Numbered from the stretch's first letter, positions 1 to 8,942 are shown. The stretch is 64,000 nucleotides of DNA from an uncultured Acidobacteriota bacterium (GCA_963720545.1 OY970399.1:3392001-3456000); one strand, 5' to 3'. The notes: generated by a model not told the origin, from the letters alone. Made by a program: numbers and translations.

Positions 1-150
1 GAGGGCCGCGAGGTCGCTTACGGGCTGCTGAAGGTCGATGCGCTGCAGGCTGCGGGCCGGCCCGGGGAAGCGCAGGCCGAACTGGACAGGCTCGCGAAGG
101 AGTTCCCGACGAGCGGTCGGATCAAGGCCCGCCTCGGCAGGGGCCGTTAG
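1..150 (+). CDS. 3' end of a hypothetical protein (TPR-like C-terminus), truncated by window edge
   Basis: Frame 1 is open from base 1 (EGREVAYGLLKVDALQAAGRPGEAQAELDRLAKEFPTSGRIKARLGRGR) to TAG at 148-150, with GC3-rich codons. Confidence 0.6.
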   Translation, partial: EGREVAYGLLKVDALQAAGRPGEAQAELDRLAKEFPTSGRIKARLGRGR

Positions 151-461
151 CCGCGAATCTTCTCGATCCTGCTGTCGCGGTCGCTCGCGAAGCGTTCCTT
201 GTCGCGGCGATACTCGTCGTTCAGCGTCTCCAGCTCCTCAGGCGTGCGCGCCCGCACCTGTGCGTCGCGGAACAGGATCTCGCGTTCGGCCATGCGCGCC
301 TCGTAAATGCTGCGCGCTTCCGCGATGTCGTGGCGCTGCGCGTCGCTCAGCGCCTTGCTGACCACACCAGCGTCGGCATCCTGCTTCTTCAGGCGGGCCA
401 TCGCGAGCTCGAGTGCGCTCTTGGGCGCGTCGTCTTCCGGTTCGGCTTCGTCCTTGCTCAT
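147..461 (-). CDS. Hypothetical helical/coiled-coil protein (104 aa)
   Basis: Charged helical sequence (KSALELAMARL...EYRRDKERF), typical codon usage, TACACT -10 hexamer 6 nt upstream of ATG. Confidence 0.75.
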   Translation of the reverse strand: MSKDEAEPEDDAPKSALELAMARLKKQDADAGVVSKALSDAQRHDIAEARSIYEARMAEREILFRDAQVRARTPEELETLNDEYRRDKERFASDRDSRIEKIRG

Positions 462-478
462 GCCGGCAGTGTAGCCCC

Positions 479-1207
479 CTACAGGCGGCTGGCGAAGAAC
501 CGGCGCAGCGGTTCGATGAGCGCCTCGGGGTCGTCGGCCAGGATGTTCTCGGCGTGCAGCCCGCCCGGGATCACGACCAGCTCCTTCGGTTCGGTGGCGA
601 GCGCGTAGAGGTCGTGCGCGTGTTTCACCGGGATCAGCCAGTCGTCGCTGCCGTGGACGATCAGCAGTGGGGCGACGATCTGCGCGATCAGCCGGCGCGG
701 CGAGGTGCCGCGCAGCGGCGGGCGCAGCGACACGCGCGCCGGGCGGCGCTCGCGGCGCAGCATGATGGGCACGCTGCGCGTCAGGCCGCGGATGAAGGGG
801 TTGTGGTCGAGCAGGAACAGGCTCTTCGGCGCGGCCACCAGCGCCACCGCGTCGAAGTTGGCGCCCTGCGCCGCGGCCGCGACGGTGTGATAGCCGCCGT
901 AGGAGAAGCCGAGCGCGCCGACGCGCGCGTAGCGCTCGTGCGCCCAGGCGGCGACCCTTTGCAGGTCGTGCGGCTCCTTGCGGCCCCAGCTGAAACGGCC
1001 CGCCGACTCGCCGTGGCCGCGCACGTCCATGGTGATGACGTCGGCGAGGTCGGCAAGCGCGCGCGCGAGGCGCAGGTGCTCGGGGCTCTCGCGGTGCATG
1101 AAGATGCCCGGTACCACCACGATGGCGGCTTCCCGGCCGCTGCCGCGGACCGTGAGACGCAGGCTGGTGCCGTCGTCGGCTGCGAGCGTTTCAGACCGCG
1201 AGTTCAC
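479..1207 (-). CDS. Alpha/beta-fold hydrolase
   Basis: DVRGHGES, nucleophile elbow GFSYG, HGSDDWLIP, catalytic His in GGLHAE. Confidence 0.9.
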   Translation of the reverse strand: MNSRSETLAADDGTSLRLTVRGSGREAAIVVVPGIFMHRESPEHLRLARALADLADVITMDVRGHGESAGRFSWGRKEPHDLQRVAAWAHERYARVGALGFSYGGYHTVAAAAQGANFDAVALVAAPKSLFLLDHNPFIRGLTRSVPIMLRRERRPARVSLRPPLRGTSPRRLIAQIVAPLLIVHGSDDWLIPVKHAHDLYALATEPKELVVIPGGLHAENILADDPEALIEPLRRFFASRL

Positions 1208-2624
1208 CGCTCACCTCCGCGGCGAGCGGCGGCCGCGCGAAATAGTGCGCGATGGAATTGGCGTAGTAGCGCAGCAGCGGATCCTGGCTGCGATCGATGC
1301 GGTAGCGAACGACGCCGCCCTGCGCCGGAACCGGCTCGGCGATGTGGCGCAGGGTCAGCATCACCAGCGCCCGGTCGAGGAGTTCCGCGGCGGTGCGTTC
1401 GTCCGCGACGATCGGCGCGCCGCGTGAGCGCAGTTCGCCGCGCACCGCGTCGATGCGCGTCTCCCATTCCGCACGCTCGATCTCGGCGGCGGTGCCCGCG
1501 CGCAACAGGGTCTCGGCCACCAGGCACACCGGCGTCACCGGCATCACCTCGCCGATCTGCGCCATCACGTGCGCGGCCAGCTCGCCGACCGGGCCCAGGC
1601 GCTCATGGCGCGGCAGTTCGAGGATGCCGGGACGATCGCGCAGCCAGGCATCCACGTCGATCGGCGCGCCGAAGTTGACGCAGGCGCGCCCATAGCGGCG
1701 CCCGCGACGCGTCATGAAGCGCAGCGACACGCGCACCACGTACGCCACCACTTCGGCGAACTGCTCGAGGCGCGACAGCCGCGTGCGCGTCACGTCCAGC
1801 TCGCGAAGCAGCGAGCGGTCCTCGAGCACGCGGTCATAGTTGATCGCGACCGGGATGATGACGAGCGGCCGGATGACGCGCGGGTCGCGCTTCACGCCGA
1901 GCAGGTAATCGAGCAGGCCGAGCTTTGGCTGGCGGAAACGGCCGTCGCGGGTGAGGCCGCCCTCGAGGAAGATTCCCTGGGTCACGCCGTGGCGGGTGAT
2001 GAGCTGGACGTAGCGCTCGAGCACCTTGTGATAGAGCGGCTCGCGGTACTTGCGGCGTACGAAGTACGCGCCGAAGCTCTTGAACACCGCCTCCAAGGGC
2101 CAGACGCGCGCCCATTCGCCGACTGCGTAGCTGATGGCGACGCGGCCGGAGAGCACGTAGGTCACGACCACGTAGTCGGCGTTGGAGCGGTGGTTCATCA
2201 GGTACAGCACGATGCTGTCCCGCGGGATCGCGTCGAGCGCCGCGCGCGCCTCGTAGCCGACGCTCACCTTGTAGAAGAGCGGCACCAGGAAGCGCGCGAC
2301 ACCGTAGGCGAGGCGATAGTAGGAAATGAGGTTGAACCTGGGGACGATCTCCTCGGCATAACCGCGCGCGCGGCGCTCGGCGTCCTCGACCGAGCCGCCG
2401 GCGCTGTGCGCGTGTTCCGCGATGGCGGCGCGCACCTCGGGATCCTCGAGCAGCGCGTCGCGCACCTCCTGCGGGGTCTCGCGCTTGAACGGCGCGATCC
2501 GCGAACGGTAGCGGCGGCGCAGGCCGCGGGCCTCCGACAAGGCGTAGCGCCGCAGCCAGGCGCGGCCCGCGAACCCCGCGCCCACCAGCAACAATGCGGC
2601 CGCGACCGCGCTCCGTGGGTCCAC
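1191..2624 (-). CDS. Glycerol-3-phosphate acyltransferase, PlsB/GPAT-like
   Basis: HxxxxD motif NHRSNADY, FVRR, FLEGGLTRDG, IPVAINYDR; N-terminal TM helix; GTG start at 2624 chosen, TATATT 6 nt upstream. Confidence 0.85.
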   Translation of the reverse strand: MDPRSAVAAALLLVGAGFAGRAWLRRYALSEARGLRRRYRSRIAPFKRETPQEVRDALLEDPEVRAAIAEHAHSAGGSVEDAERRARGYAEEIVPRFNLISYYRLAYGVARFLVPLFYKVSVGYEARAALDAIPRDSIVLYLMNHRSNADYVVVTYVLSGRVAISYAVGEWARVWPLEAVFKSFGAYFVRRKYREPLYHKVLERYVQLITRHGVTQGIFLEGGLTRDGRFRQPKLGLLDYLLGVKRDPRVIRPLVIIPVAINYDRVLEDRSLLRELDVTRTRLSRLEQFAEVVAYVVRVSLRFMTRRGRRYGRACVNFGAPIDVDAWLRDRPGILELPRHERLGPVGELAAHVMAQIGEVMPVTPVCLVAETLLRAGTAAEIERAEWETRIDAVRGELRSRGAPIVADERTAAELLDRALVMLTLRHIAEPVPAQGGVVRYRIDRSQDPLLRYYANSIAHYFARPPLAAEVSGELAV

Positions 2625-2648
2625 CGCGGGAATATAATCCTTCGCGGG
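2625..2648. promoter_or_regulatory. Overlapping divergent -10 elements for the acyltransferase and xdh operon
   Basis: TATAAT at 2633-2638 (+) and TATATT at 2636-2631 (-) in a 24-bp AT-rich gap. Confidence 0.6.
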
Positions 2649-4889
2649 ATGCGGGCGATCGGCAAGAGCGTGTTGCGCACGGAGGGCCCGGACAAGCTGT
2701 GCGGCGCCACGCGCTACACCGACGACATCGAACCCGAGGGTTGCCTGCACGGCGTCACGCTGCGCGCGACCATCCCCTACGGGCGGATCCTGGCGATCGA
2801 GAAGGACCCGGCCTTCCCCTGGCGCGAGTTCGTGGTGGCGACCGCGAAGGACCTGCCGGGGCCCAACCGCGTGCAGCTCATCGAGGACGACCAGCCGCTC
2901 CTCTGCGAGGAGTGGGTGCGCCATCCGTACGAACCGATCCTGCTGGTGGCGCACGCCAACCGCTCGCGGGCGTACGAAGCCCTCCGGCACATCCGTGTCA
3001 CCTACGAGCCGCACGAGCCGGTGCTCTCGATCGACGACGCGCTGGCGGTGAAGCAGAAGCTGCGCGGCGAGGACAACGTCTTCAAGTCGTTCCACATCGT
3101 GCAGGGCGACATCGACGCGGGCTTCGCGGCGGCCGACCTCGTAGTTTCAGGCGAGTACACGGTGCCGCACCAGGAACAGGCCTACATCGAGAACAACGTG
3201 ATGACCGCGTGGTTCGAGGCGGACGGCACGCTGGTGGCGCACGGCTCGATGCAGTGCCCGTACTACGTGCACAAGGCGCTGCGCGGGTTGTTCAAGCTGA
3301 AGGGCGAGAAGGTGCGGGTCATCCAGGCGCCGACCGGCGGCGGCTTCGGCGGCAAGGAGGAGTACCCGAACATGATCGCTGGTCACGCGGCGCTGCTGGC
3401 GCGCAAGGCGAAGCGGCCGGTGAAGATCGCCTACGACCGCCACGAAGACATGGCGGCCACCACCAAGCGCCATCCGGCGCGCATCCGCCACCGCACCGGC
3501 GTGAAGCGCGACGGCACACTGGTGGCGCAGGACATCGAGGTGGTCATGGACGGCGGCGCCTACATCACGCTGTCGCCCGTGGTGTTGTCGCGCGGCACGC
3601 TGCACGCGACCGGGCCGTATGCCTGCCCCAACGTGCGCATCCGCTCGAGTGTGGTCGCGACCAACACCGTGCCGAACGGCGCCTTCCGTGGTTTCGGGGC
3701 GCCGCAGACGCTGTTCGCCGCCGAGCTGCACATGGCGCGCATCGCCGCCGAGCTGCGCCTCGACCCCGTGGCGCTGCGCGAGAAGAACGCGGTGCGCCGC
3801 GGCTCGGTGATGGCGACCGGCCAGGTGCTGCGCGAGAGCGTCGGCGCGCGCCAGGCGCTGCAGCGCGTGGTCGCCGACTCCGGCTATCGCCGCAAACGGG
3901 TCGAGCACGCCAGGTGGAACGCGCAGCCGGGCACTGCGCACTGGAAGGGCGTGGGCCTGGCGCTCGTCCACCACGGCTCGGGCTTCACCGGCAGCGGCGA
4001 GGAGCACCTCGCGAGCCGCGCCGCGGTGACGCTGACCCGCACCGGCCGCATTCGCGTGCTCGCCGGCTCCACAGAATTCGGCCAGGGGACCAACACGATG
4101 TTCAGCCAGATCGTCGCCGAGACGCTCGGCGTCGCGACAGCTCTCGTCGACGTCGCGACTCCCGACACCCGCTTCGTCCCCGACAGCGGGCCGACGGTGG
4201 CGAGCCGCACCTGCATGGTCGTCGGCCGCCTGGTGCGCGACGCGTGCCGCGACCTGCACGCGGCGGTCAGCGGCCGCAAGCCGTTTCCGCGCTCGGCGCG
4301 CGACCTGCGCGCGGCCGCGAAGCGCGTCTGCGGCACGCGCGACGAGGTGCGCTTCGAGCGCCAATACGAGAAGCCGGCCGCCATCACCTGGGACGACACC
4401 ACCTACCGCGGCGATGCCTACGAAGCGTACGGCTACGCCGCGGCGGTGGTGGACCTCGAGGTGGACAAGCTGACGTTCGAGGTGACGCTGCGCCGCGTCA
4501 CGCTCGCCGCCGACATCGGCCGGGTGGTGAACCCGGTGCTCGCCGCGGGCCAGGTGATCGGCGGCGCGGCGCAGGGCCTCGGCTATGCGCTCCTCGAGAA
4601 CCCAGTGTACAAGGACGGGGCGATGCAGAACGCGCAGCTCACGAACTACATCATCCCGACCGCGAAGGACCTGCCGCAGATCGACGTCGCTTTCACGCCC
4701 GCGCTCTACTCGCTCGGGCCGTATGGCGCCAAGGGTGTGGGCGAGTTGCCGATGGACATTCCCGGGCCGGCGGTGGCCGACGCGGTGCACGACGCCACCG
4801 GCCTCTGGATCACCTCGCTGCCGGTGCTGCCGGAGAAGATCGCTGCGGCGCATGGCGCCCGCCGGCGCGGCACCGCGGTGCCGGCGTGA
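2649..4889 (+). CDS. Xanthine dehydrogenase family molybdopterin-binding subunit
   Basis: GATRYTDD, QEQAYIE, GGGFGGKE, AFRGFGAPQ, EFGQG, SGPTVASR, AKGVGE; purine cluster context. Confidence 0.93.
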   Translation: MRAIGKSVLRTEGPDKLCGATRYTDDIEPEGCLHGVTLRATIPYGRILAIEKDPAFPWREFVVATAKDLPGPNRVQLIEDDQPLLCEEWVRHPYEPILLVAHANRSRAYEALRHIRVTYEPHEPVLSIDDALAVKQKLRGEDNVFKSFHIVQGDIDAGFAAADLVVSGEYTVPHQEQAYIENNVMTAWFEADGTLVAHGSMQCPYYVHKALRGLFKLKGEKVRVIQAPTGGGFGGKEEYPNMIAGHAALLARKAKRPVKIAYDRHEDMAATTKRHPARIRHRTGVKRDGTLVAQDIEVVMDGGAYITLSPVVLSRGTLHATGPYACPNVRIRSSVVATNTVPNGAFRGFGAPQTLFAAELHMARIAAELRLDPVALREKNAVRRGSVMATGQVLRESVGARQALQRVVADSGYRRKRVEHARWNAQPGTAHWKGVGLALVHHGSGFTGSGEEHLASRAAVTLTRTGRIRVLAGSTEFGQGTNTMFSQIVAETLGVATALVDVATPDTRFVPDSGPTVASRTCMVVGRLVRDACRDLHAAVSGRKPFPRSARDLRAAAKRVCGTRDEVRFERQYEKPAAITWDDTTYRGDAYEAYGYAAAVVDLEVDKLTFEVTLRRVTLAADIGRVVNPVLAAGQVIGGAAQGLGYALLENPVYKDGAMQNAQLTNYIIPTAKDLPQIDVAFTPALYSLGPYGAKGVGELPMDIPGPAVADAVHDATGLWITSLPVLPEKIAAAHGARRRGTAVPA

Positions 4890-5602
4890 TCAACCTCTCG
4901 GTCAATGGCCGCCGTCGCGCCTTCTCGGGGCCGCCGTGGAAGCGCCTCCTCGACGTGCTGCGCGAAGACTTCGCGCTGACGGGCACCAAGGAGGGCTGCG
5001 GCGAAGGCGAGTGCGGTGCCTGCACCGTGCTCATAGACGGCGCCCCGGTGAACAGCTGCCTGATCCCCGCCTGCCAGGTCGCCGGCCAGCGCGTCGAGAC
5101 GATCGAAAGCCTTGGCCGCCCCGCGGCGCTGAGCGTCTTGCAAGAACGCTTCCTCGCGATGGGCGGCGCGCAGTGCGGCATCTGCACCCCGGGCATGCTG
5201 ATGGCCGCCTGGGCCCACGTCAAAGCCGGCGGCTCCGCTTCCCCCGACGCTGTTCGCGAGCAACTGGCCGGCAACCTCTGCCGCTGCACCGGCTATCAGG
5301 CGATTGTGGATGCTGTTATTGAGACGATTCGTCTTGAGACGATTCGAAAATCGCTAAAGCGAATCGTCTCAATTCCGGGCCAGAGGTCCGTTGCCGCTCC
5401 CAGGAAGAAGTCCGTCCGTCCTCCCAGGAAGAAATCCGTTCGTTCTCCCAAGAAGAGAGCGGCGCCGCTTTCCAGGAAAAGGACCGTCGCGTCCGCCACA
5501 AAGAAATCAGCAGCGCCTGACAAACGGAAATCTCGTCCTCGGAGGAAGTCCGTTGTCAGGTCAGCTATGTCTCCGAAGACGAGAAGCGTGAAGACGAGAT
5601 AA
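4886..5602 (+). CDS. Xanthine dehydrogenase 2Fe-2S subunit with Lys/Arg-rich C-terminal extension
   Basis: GTKEGCGEGECGACTV, QCGICTPG, GNLCRCTGY; GTG overlaps upstream TGA; ~90-aa basic tail. Confidence 0.92.
   Translation: MINLSVNGRRRAFSGPPWKRLLDVLREDFALTGTKEGCGEGECGACTVLIDGAPVNSCLIPACQVAGQRVETIESLGRPAALSVLQERFLAMGGAQCGICTPGMLMAAWAHVKAGGSASPDAVREQLAGNLCRCTGYQAIVDAVIETIRLETIRKSLKRIVSIPGQRSVAAPRKKSVRPPRKKSVRSPKKRAAPLSRKRTVASATKKSAAPDKRKSRPRRKSVVRSAMSPKTRSVKTR
5319..5372. repeat. 13-bp motif TTGAGACGATTCG: two direct copies plus one inverted copy
   Basis: Copies at 5319-5331 and 5334-5346; reverse complement CGAATCGTCTCAA at 5360-5372. Confidence 0.9.
5396..5539 (+). repeat. Degenerate in-frame 24-bp tandem repeat encoding basic octapeptides
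   Basis: Units encode APRKKSVR, PPRKKSVR, SPKKRAAP, LSRKRTVA, SATKKSAA, PDKRKSRP; first two units nearly identical in DNA. Confidence 0.8.
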
Positions 5603-5603
5603 C

Positions 5604-6470
5604 GTGCGCGGTAATCCTCTTCGCATCACCGTGTCGCGGCCAGCCACAGCGGAGCAGGCGATTGCCGCGTACGCCGCGCGGCCTGACTCGCTGCCGTTTG
5701 CCGGCGGCACCGACCTGATGGTCGCCTGGAACGCCGGCGACTGGCACGACCGCGAAGTCCTCGACCTGTCGGCGCTCGACGAGTGGCGCAGCATCGCTGC
5801 GGCGGCGGGGGAATTGCGCATCGGCGCCCTGGCCACGCACACGAGCCTGCGCCGCCACGAAGCGGTCGCCCGCCACGCGCCGCTGCTGGCGTCGGCCTGC
5901 GCCACCATCGGCGGCATCCAGATCCAGAACCGCGGCACGCTCGGCGGCAACATCGCCAATGCCTCGCCGGCGGGCGACACGTTTCCGCCGCTCGCTATCT
6001 ACGACGCCGTGGTCCACATCGCCGCAGCGCGCGGCGCGCGGCAGGTACCGTTCGCCGCGGTGTTCAGCGGCGTGAAGAAGACCGTGCTCGAACCGGGCGA
6101 GCTGATCGACGCGATCACGATCCCGATCCCGGCGGCGCCGCCCGACCGGGTGATGTTCCGCAAGGTCGGCACGCGCGCCGCGCAGGCGATCTCCAAGGTG
6201 GTCGCGGCCGGCGCCTTGTGGTTCACGGCCGACGGCACCGTGGCCGACGTCCGCTTTGCCCTCGGCAGCGTGGCGCCGACGGTGAAGCGCGCCGCCGCGG
6301 TCGAGAAATTCCTCAAGAACCGCTGGCTCACCAGGAACGTGGTGCGCGAGGCGTGCCTCAAGCTCGAAGCCGACATCAAGCCCATCGACGACATCAGGTC
6401 CACCGCGGAGTATCGAATAAACGTTGCCAGGGCGCTGCTGTCGTCCTTCCTCGGCCAGGACCCCCGTTGA
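5604..6470 (+). CDS. Xanthine dehydrogenase FAD-binding subunit
   Basis: AGGTDL, QIQNRGTLGGNIANASPAGD, PIDDIRSTAEYR. Confidence 0.93.
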   Translation: MRGNPLRITVSRPATAEQAIAAYAARPDSLPFAGGTDLMVAWNAGDWHDREVLDLSALDEWRSIAAAAGELRIGALATHTSLRRHEAVARHAPLLASACATIGGIQIQNRGTLGGNIANASPAGDTFPPLAIYDAVVHIAAARGARQVPFAAVFSGVKKTVLEPGELIDAITIPIPAAPPDRVMFRKVGTRAAQAISKVVAAGALWFTADGTVADVRFALGSVAPTVKRAAAVEKFLKNRWLTRNVVREACLKLEADIKPIDDIRSTAEYRINVARALLSSFLGQDPR

Positions 6471-7792
6471 AAACGAAACGGCCGGAGAAACAAGCGCGGG
6501 CGTCGTTCACCCCGGTGCTGGCCACGCTGCGCCGCGCCAACAGCGTGCTGGCGAAGCGCTATCCGGGCGATCCCGACGGCCGCCAGCCGGTGCACACCGT
6601 CTACGGCGGCGCGCACCTCTTCAAGGCCGATACCGCACCGCGCCTGGGCGCGCTCGCCCTGCGCGCGCTCGACCAGCACGCGCCCGACCCGATCTCGTTC
6701 GCCGGCGCGCTGCAGTTGCAGGTGCCCGACGGCCTCGACCCGTTCCGTCACGCCACCGAGATCTACGAGCGCGTCACGGCCAAGCTGCGACGTGAGCCGG
6801 TGGAAGACTTCCGCATCGACTTCGAGGACGGCTACGGCAACCGCCCCGACGCCGAGGAGGACGGGCACGCCGTGTCCGCGGCCCGCGCCGTGGCGGAGGG
6901 TGCCCGGGCGGGCACGCTGCCGCCGTTCATCGGCATCCGCATCAAGACGCTCTCGAACGAACTCGCCGCGCGCAGCCTGCGCACTCTCGAGGTCTTCGTC
7001 GCCACGCTGGTAGAGGCGACCGGCGGCCGGCTGCCGCCGGGCTTCGTCGTCACCCTGCCGAAGATCATGGTGCCCGGACAGGTGCGGGCGCTGGCGCGGG
7101 CGCTTGCCGCGCTCGAGAAGGCGCACGGCCTCGCCGACCACTCGCTGCGCTTCGAGCTGATGGTGGAGACCACGCCCTCGATCTTCGACCACGAGGGACG
7201 CCTGGCGCTGCCGGCCCTGATCGCGCTCGGCGACTCGCGCATCACCGCGGCGCACTTCGGCACTTACGACTACACCGCGTCGTGCAATATCACCGCCGCA
7301 CACCAGTCGATGACGCATCCGGCCTGCGACTTCGCCAAGCAGGTGATGCAGGTGGCGCTCGCCGGCACCGGCATCACGCTCTCGGACGGCGCCACCAACG
7401 TGATGCCGGTCGGCGAGCGCGAGACCGTGCACCACGCCTGGCACCTGCACTTCCAGCAGGCGCGCCATTCGCTGATGCAGGGCTTCTACCAGGGGTGGGA
7501 CCTGCACCCGGCACAGCTCGCGAGCCGCTATGCCGCGGTCTACTCGTTCTTCCTCGAGGGCCTCGGGCCGGCCTCCGAACGGCTGCGCAACTTCGTGGAC
7601 AAGGCGGCGCAGGCAACGCTCGTCGGCGACATCTTCGACGACGCCGCCACCGGCCAGGGCCTGCTCAACTACTTTCTGCGCGCCCTCAACTGCGGCGCCA
7701 TCGACGAGGCCCAGGCGCTCGCCACCGGCCTCACCCGCGACGAGCTGCGCACCCGCTCGTTCGTGCGGATCATGAAGGCGCGGCGCGCGTAG
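6467..7792 (+). CDS. CitE/HpcH-HpaI aldolase-lyase superfamily protein (DUF6986-like)
   Basis: RQPVHTVYGGAH, DFRIDFEDGYG, VTLPK, ELMVET, HFGTYDY, QGWDLHPAQL; TTG overlaps FAD-subunit stop. Confidence 0.75.
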   Translation: MKTKRPEKQARASFTPVLATLRRANSVLAKRYPGDPDGRQPVHTVYGGAHLFKADTAPRLGALALRALDQHAPDPISFAGALQLQVPDGLDPFRHATEIYERVTAKLRREPVEDFRIDFEDGYGNRPDAEEDGHAVSAARAVAEGARAGTLPPFIGIRIKTLSNELAARSLRTLEVFVATLVEATGGRLPPGFVVTLPKIMVPGQVRALARALAALEKAHGLADHSLRFELMVETTPSIFDHEGRLALPALIALGDSRITAAHFGTYDYTASCNITAAHQSMTHPACDFAKQVMQVALAGTGITLSDGATNVMPVGERETVHHAWHLHFQQARHSLMQGFYQGWDLHPAQLASRYAAVYSFFLEGLGPASERLRNFVDKAAQATLVGDIFDDAATGQGLLNYFLRALNCGAIDEAQALATGLTRDELRTRSFVRIMKARRA

Positions 7793-8593
7793 TCAGCGCC
7801 TGCGGATCCACCAGGCCGCGCCCCAGCCGACCAGGACCATCGCACCGAGCACCGCGAGCGGGTGGCCGCTGCCGTAGGCGATTGTCGGGAAGTGGCTGCC
7901 GACCATGGTGAAGAGCACCGGCAGCACGATAAAGGTGTTGTGCCTGGAGCGGCTCCTGGCGGTGGCCGCGAGCAGCGGATCGGGAGCCTGGCCGGCGCGG
8001 ATGGCGCGCACCATCTGCTTCTGGCCGGGGATGATGCGGTCGGTGACGTTCGTCGCCATGATGGTGCCGAGCAGCGCGCCCACGTGGATGTAGGCGGCGC
8101 GCGGGCTCATCACCTGCAGCAGCCACCACGCGGCCGCCAGCAACAGGAGGTACGAGAGGACGATCGCGGCTGTCTCGAAGCGGCCCATGGCGCGCGCCCA
8201 GAGCTGGTCGTACACCATCCGGCCGACGAACACGGTGAGGATCCCCTGGAACACGGCGCGCCCGACGCTCGCTTCGGGGTCGGCCACCATCAGCCCGCCG
8301 GTCCAGTACACCATCAGCAGCAGCGCGACGCCCGAGGACCAGGTAAAAATCGCCTCCCACTGGAACCAGTGCAGGGTCTTCGGCAGCGGCGCCAGTGTCG
8401 CACGCTTCTCGACCACGTAGAAGCCGCCGCTGTGCACCATGAACACCTGGTTGCCGGGGTTTTCCTCGGCGTCGGCGAACGCGCGCTCGAGGAACGTGAA
8501 GAGCCAGGTCTGGCCGATCCAGAGAATCGCCGCGAACACGTGCGACCAGCGCAGCGCGAGGTGCAGCCATTCGCTCCAGTCGCTCCACTGCAT
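7793..8593 (-). CDS. puuD: Urate hydroxylase PuuD-family membrane domain, no cytochrome c domain
   Basis: LRWSHVFAAILWIG, MVHSGGFY, LHWFQWEA, GTIMATNV, IIPGQ, RSRHNT; no CxxCH; adjacent to uraH. Confidence 0.82.
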   Translation of the reverse strand: MQWSDWSEWLHLALRWSHVFAAILWIGQTWLFTFLERAFADAEENPGNQVFMVHSGGFYVVEKRATLAPLPKTLHWFQWEAIFTWSSGVALLLMVYWTGGLMVADPEASVGRAVFQGILTVFVGRMVYDQLWARAMGRFETAAIVLSYLLLLAAAWWLLQVMSPRAAYIHVGALLGTIMATNVTDRIIPGQKQMVRAIRAGQAPDPLLAATARSRSRHNTFIVLPVLFTMVGSHFPTIAYGSGHPLAVLGAMVLVGWGAAWWIRRR

Positions 8594-8597
8594 GGGC

Positions 8598-8942
8598 TTA
8601 CGTCCCCTTGTAGGTGCTGTAGCCGAACGGGCTCAATAGCAGGGGCACGTGGCTGTGCGCTGTGGCGTCGTCCACGTCGAATACCACGATCGCGTACGGG
8701 AAGAACGAGCGGCTGCCTTTCTCCGACTGGTACACGCCCACCTCGAAGGTGAGCCGGTAGCGGCCGGTGGTGAAGTCGGAGCCGCCCCAAAGGCCGCGCG
8801 CCCGGCCGTCGGCATCGGTGTGGCCGCGGCCGACGACCACCCAGTCGCCGCCGACTTCCTTCTCGAGGAGCACCGGCACGCCGGCCGCCGGCCGGCCGCG
8901 CGCCGTGTCGAGCACATGGGTCGTGATGCCACCACCGTTCAT
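8598..8942 (-). CDS. uraH: 5-hydroxyisourate hydrolase
   Basis: ITTHVLDTARGRPA, TDADGR, HVPLLLSPFGYSTYKGT. Confidence 0.95.
   Translation of the reverse strand: MNGGGITTHVLDTARGRPAAGVPVLLEKEVGGDWVVVGRGHTDADGRARGLWGGSDFTTGRYRLTFEVGVYQSEKGSRSFFPYAIVVFDVDDATAHSHVPLLLSPFGYSTYKGT

Noticed and set aside
5396..5539. 24-bp periodic repeats as a possible CRISPR array
   Set aside because: No unique spacers, repeats are in frame and degenerate, and no cas genes are present
1569..5602. ORF-track long versions of the xdh subunits (1106 aa and 1002 aa) suggesting fusions
   Set aside because: The N-terminal extensions overlap other real genes; recognisable domains start at 2649 and 4886
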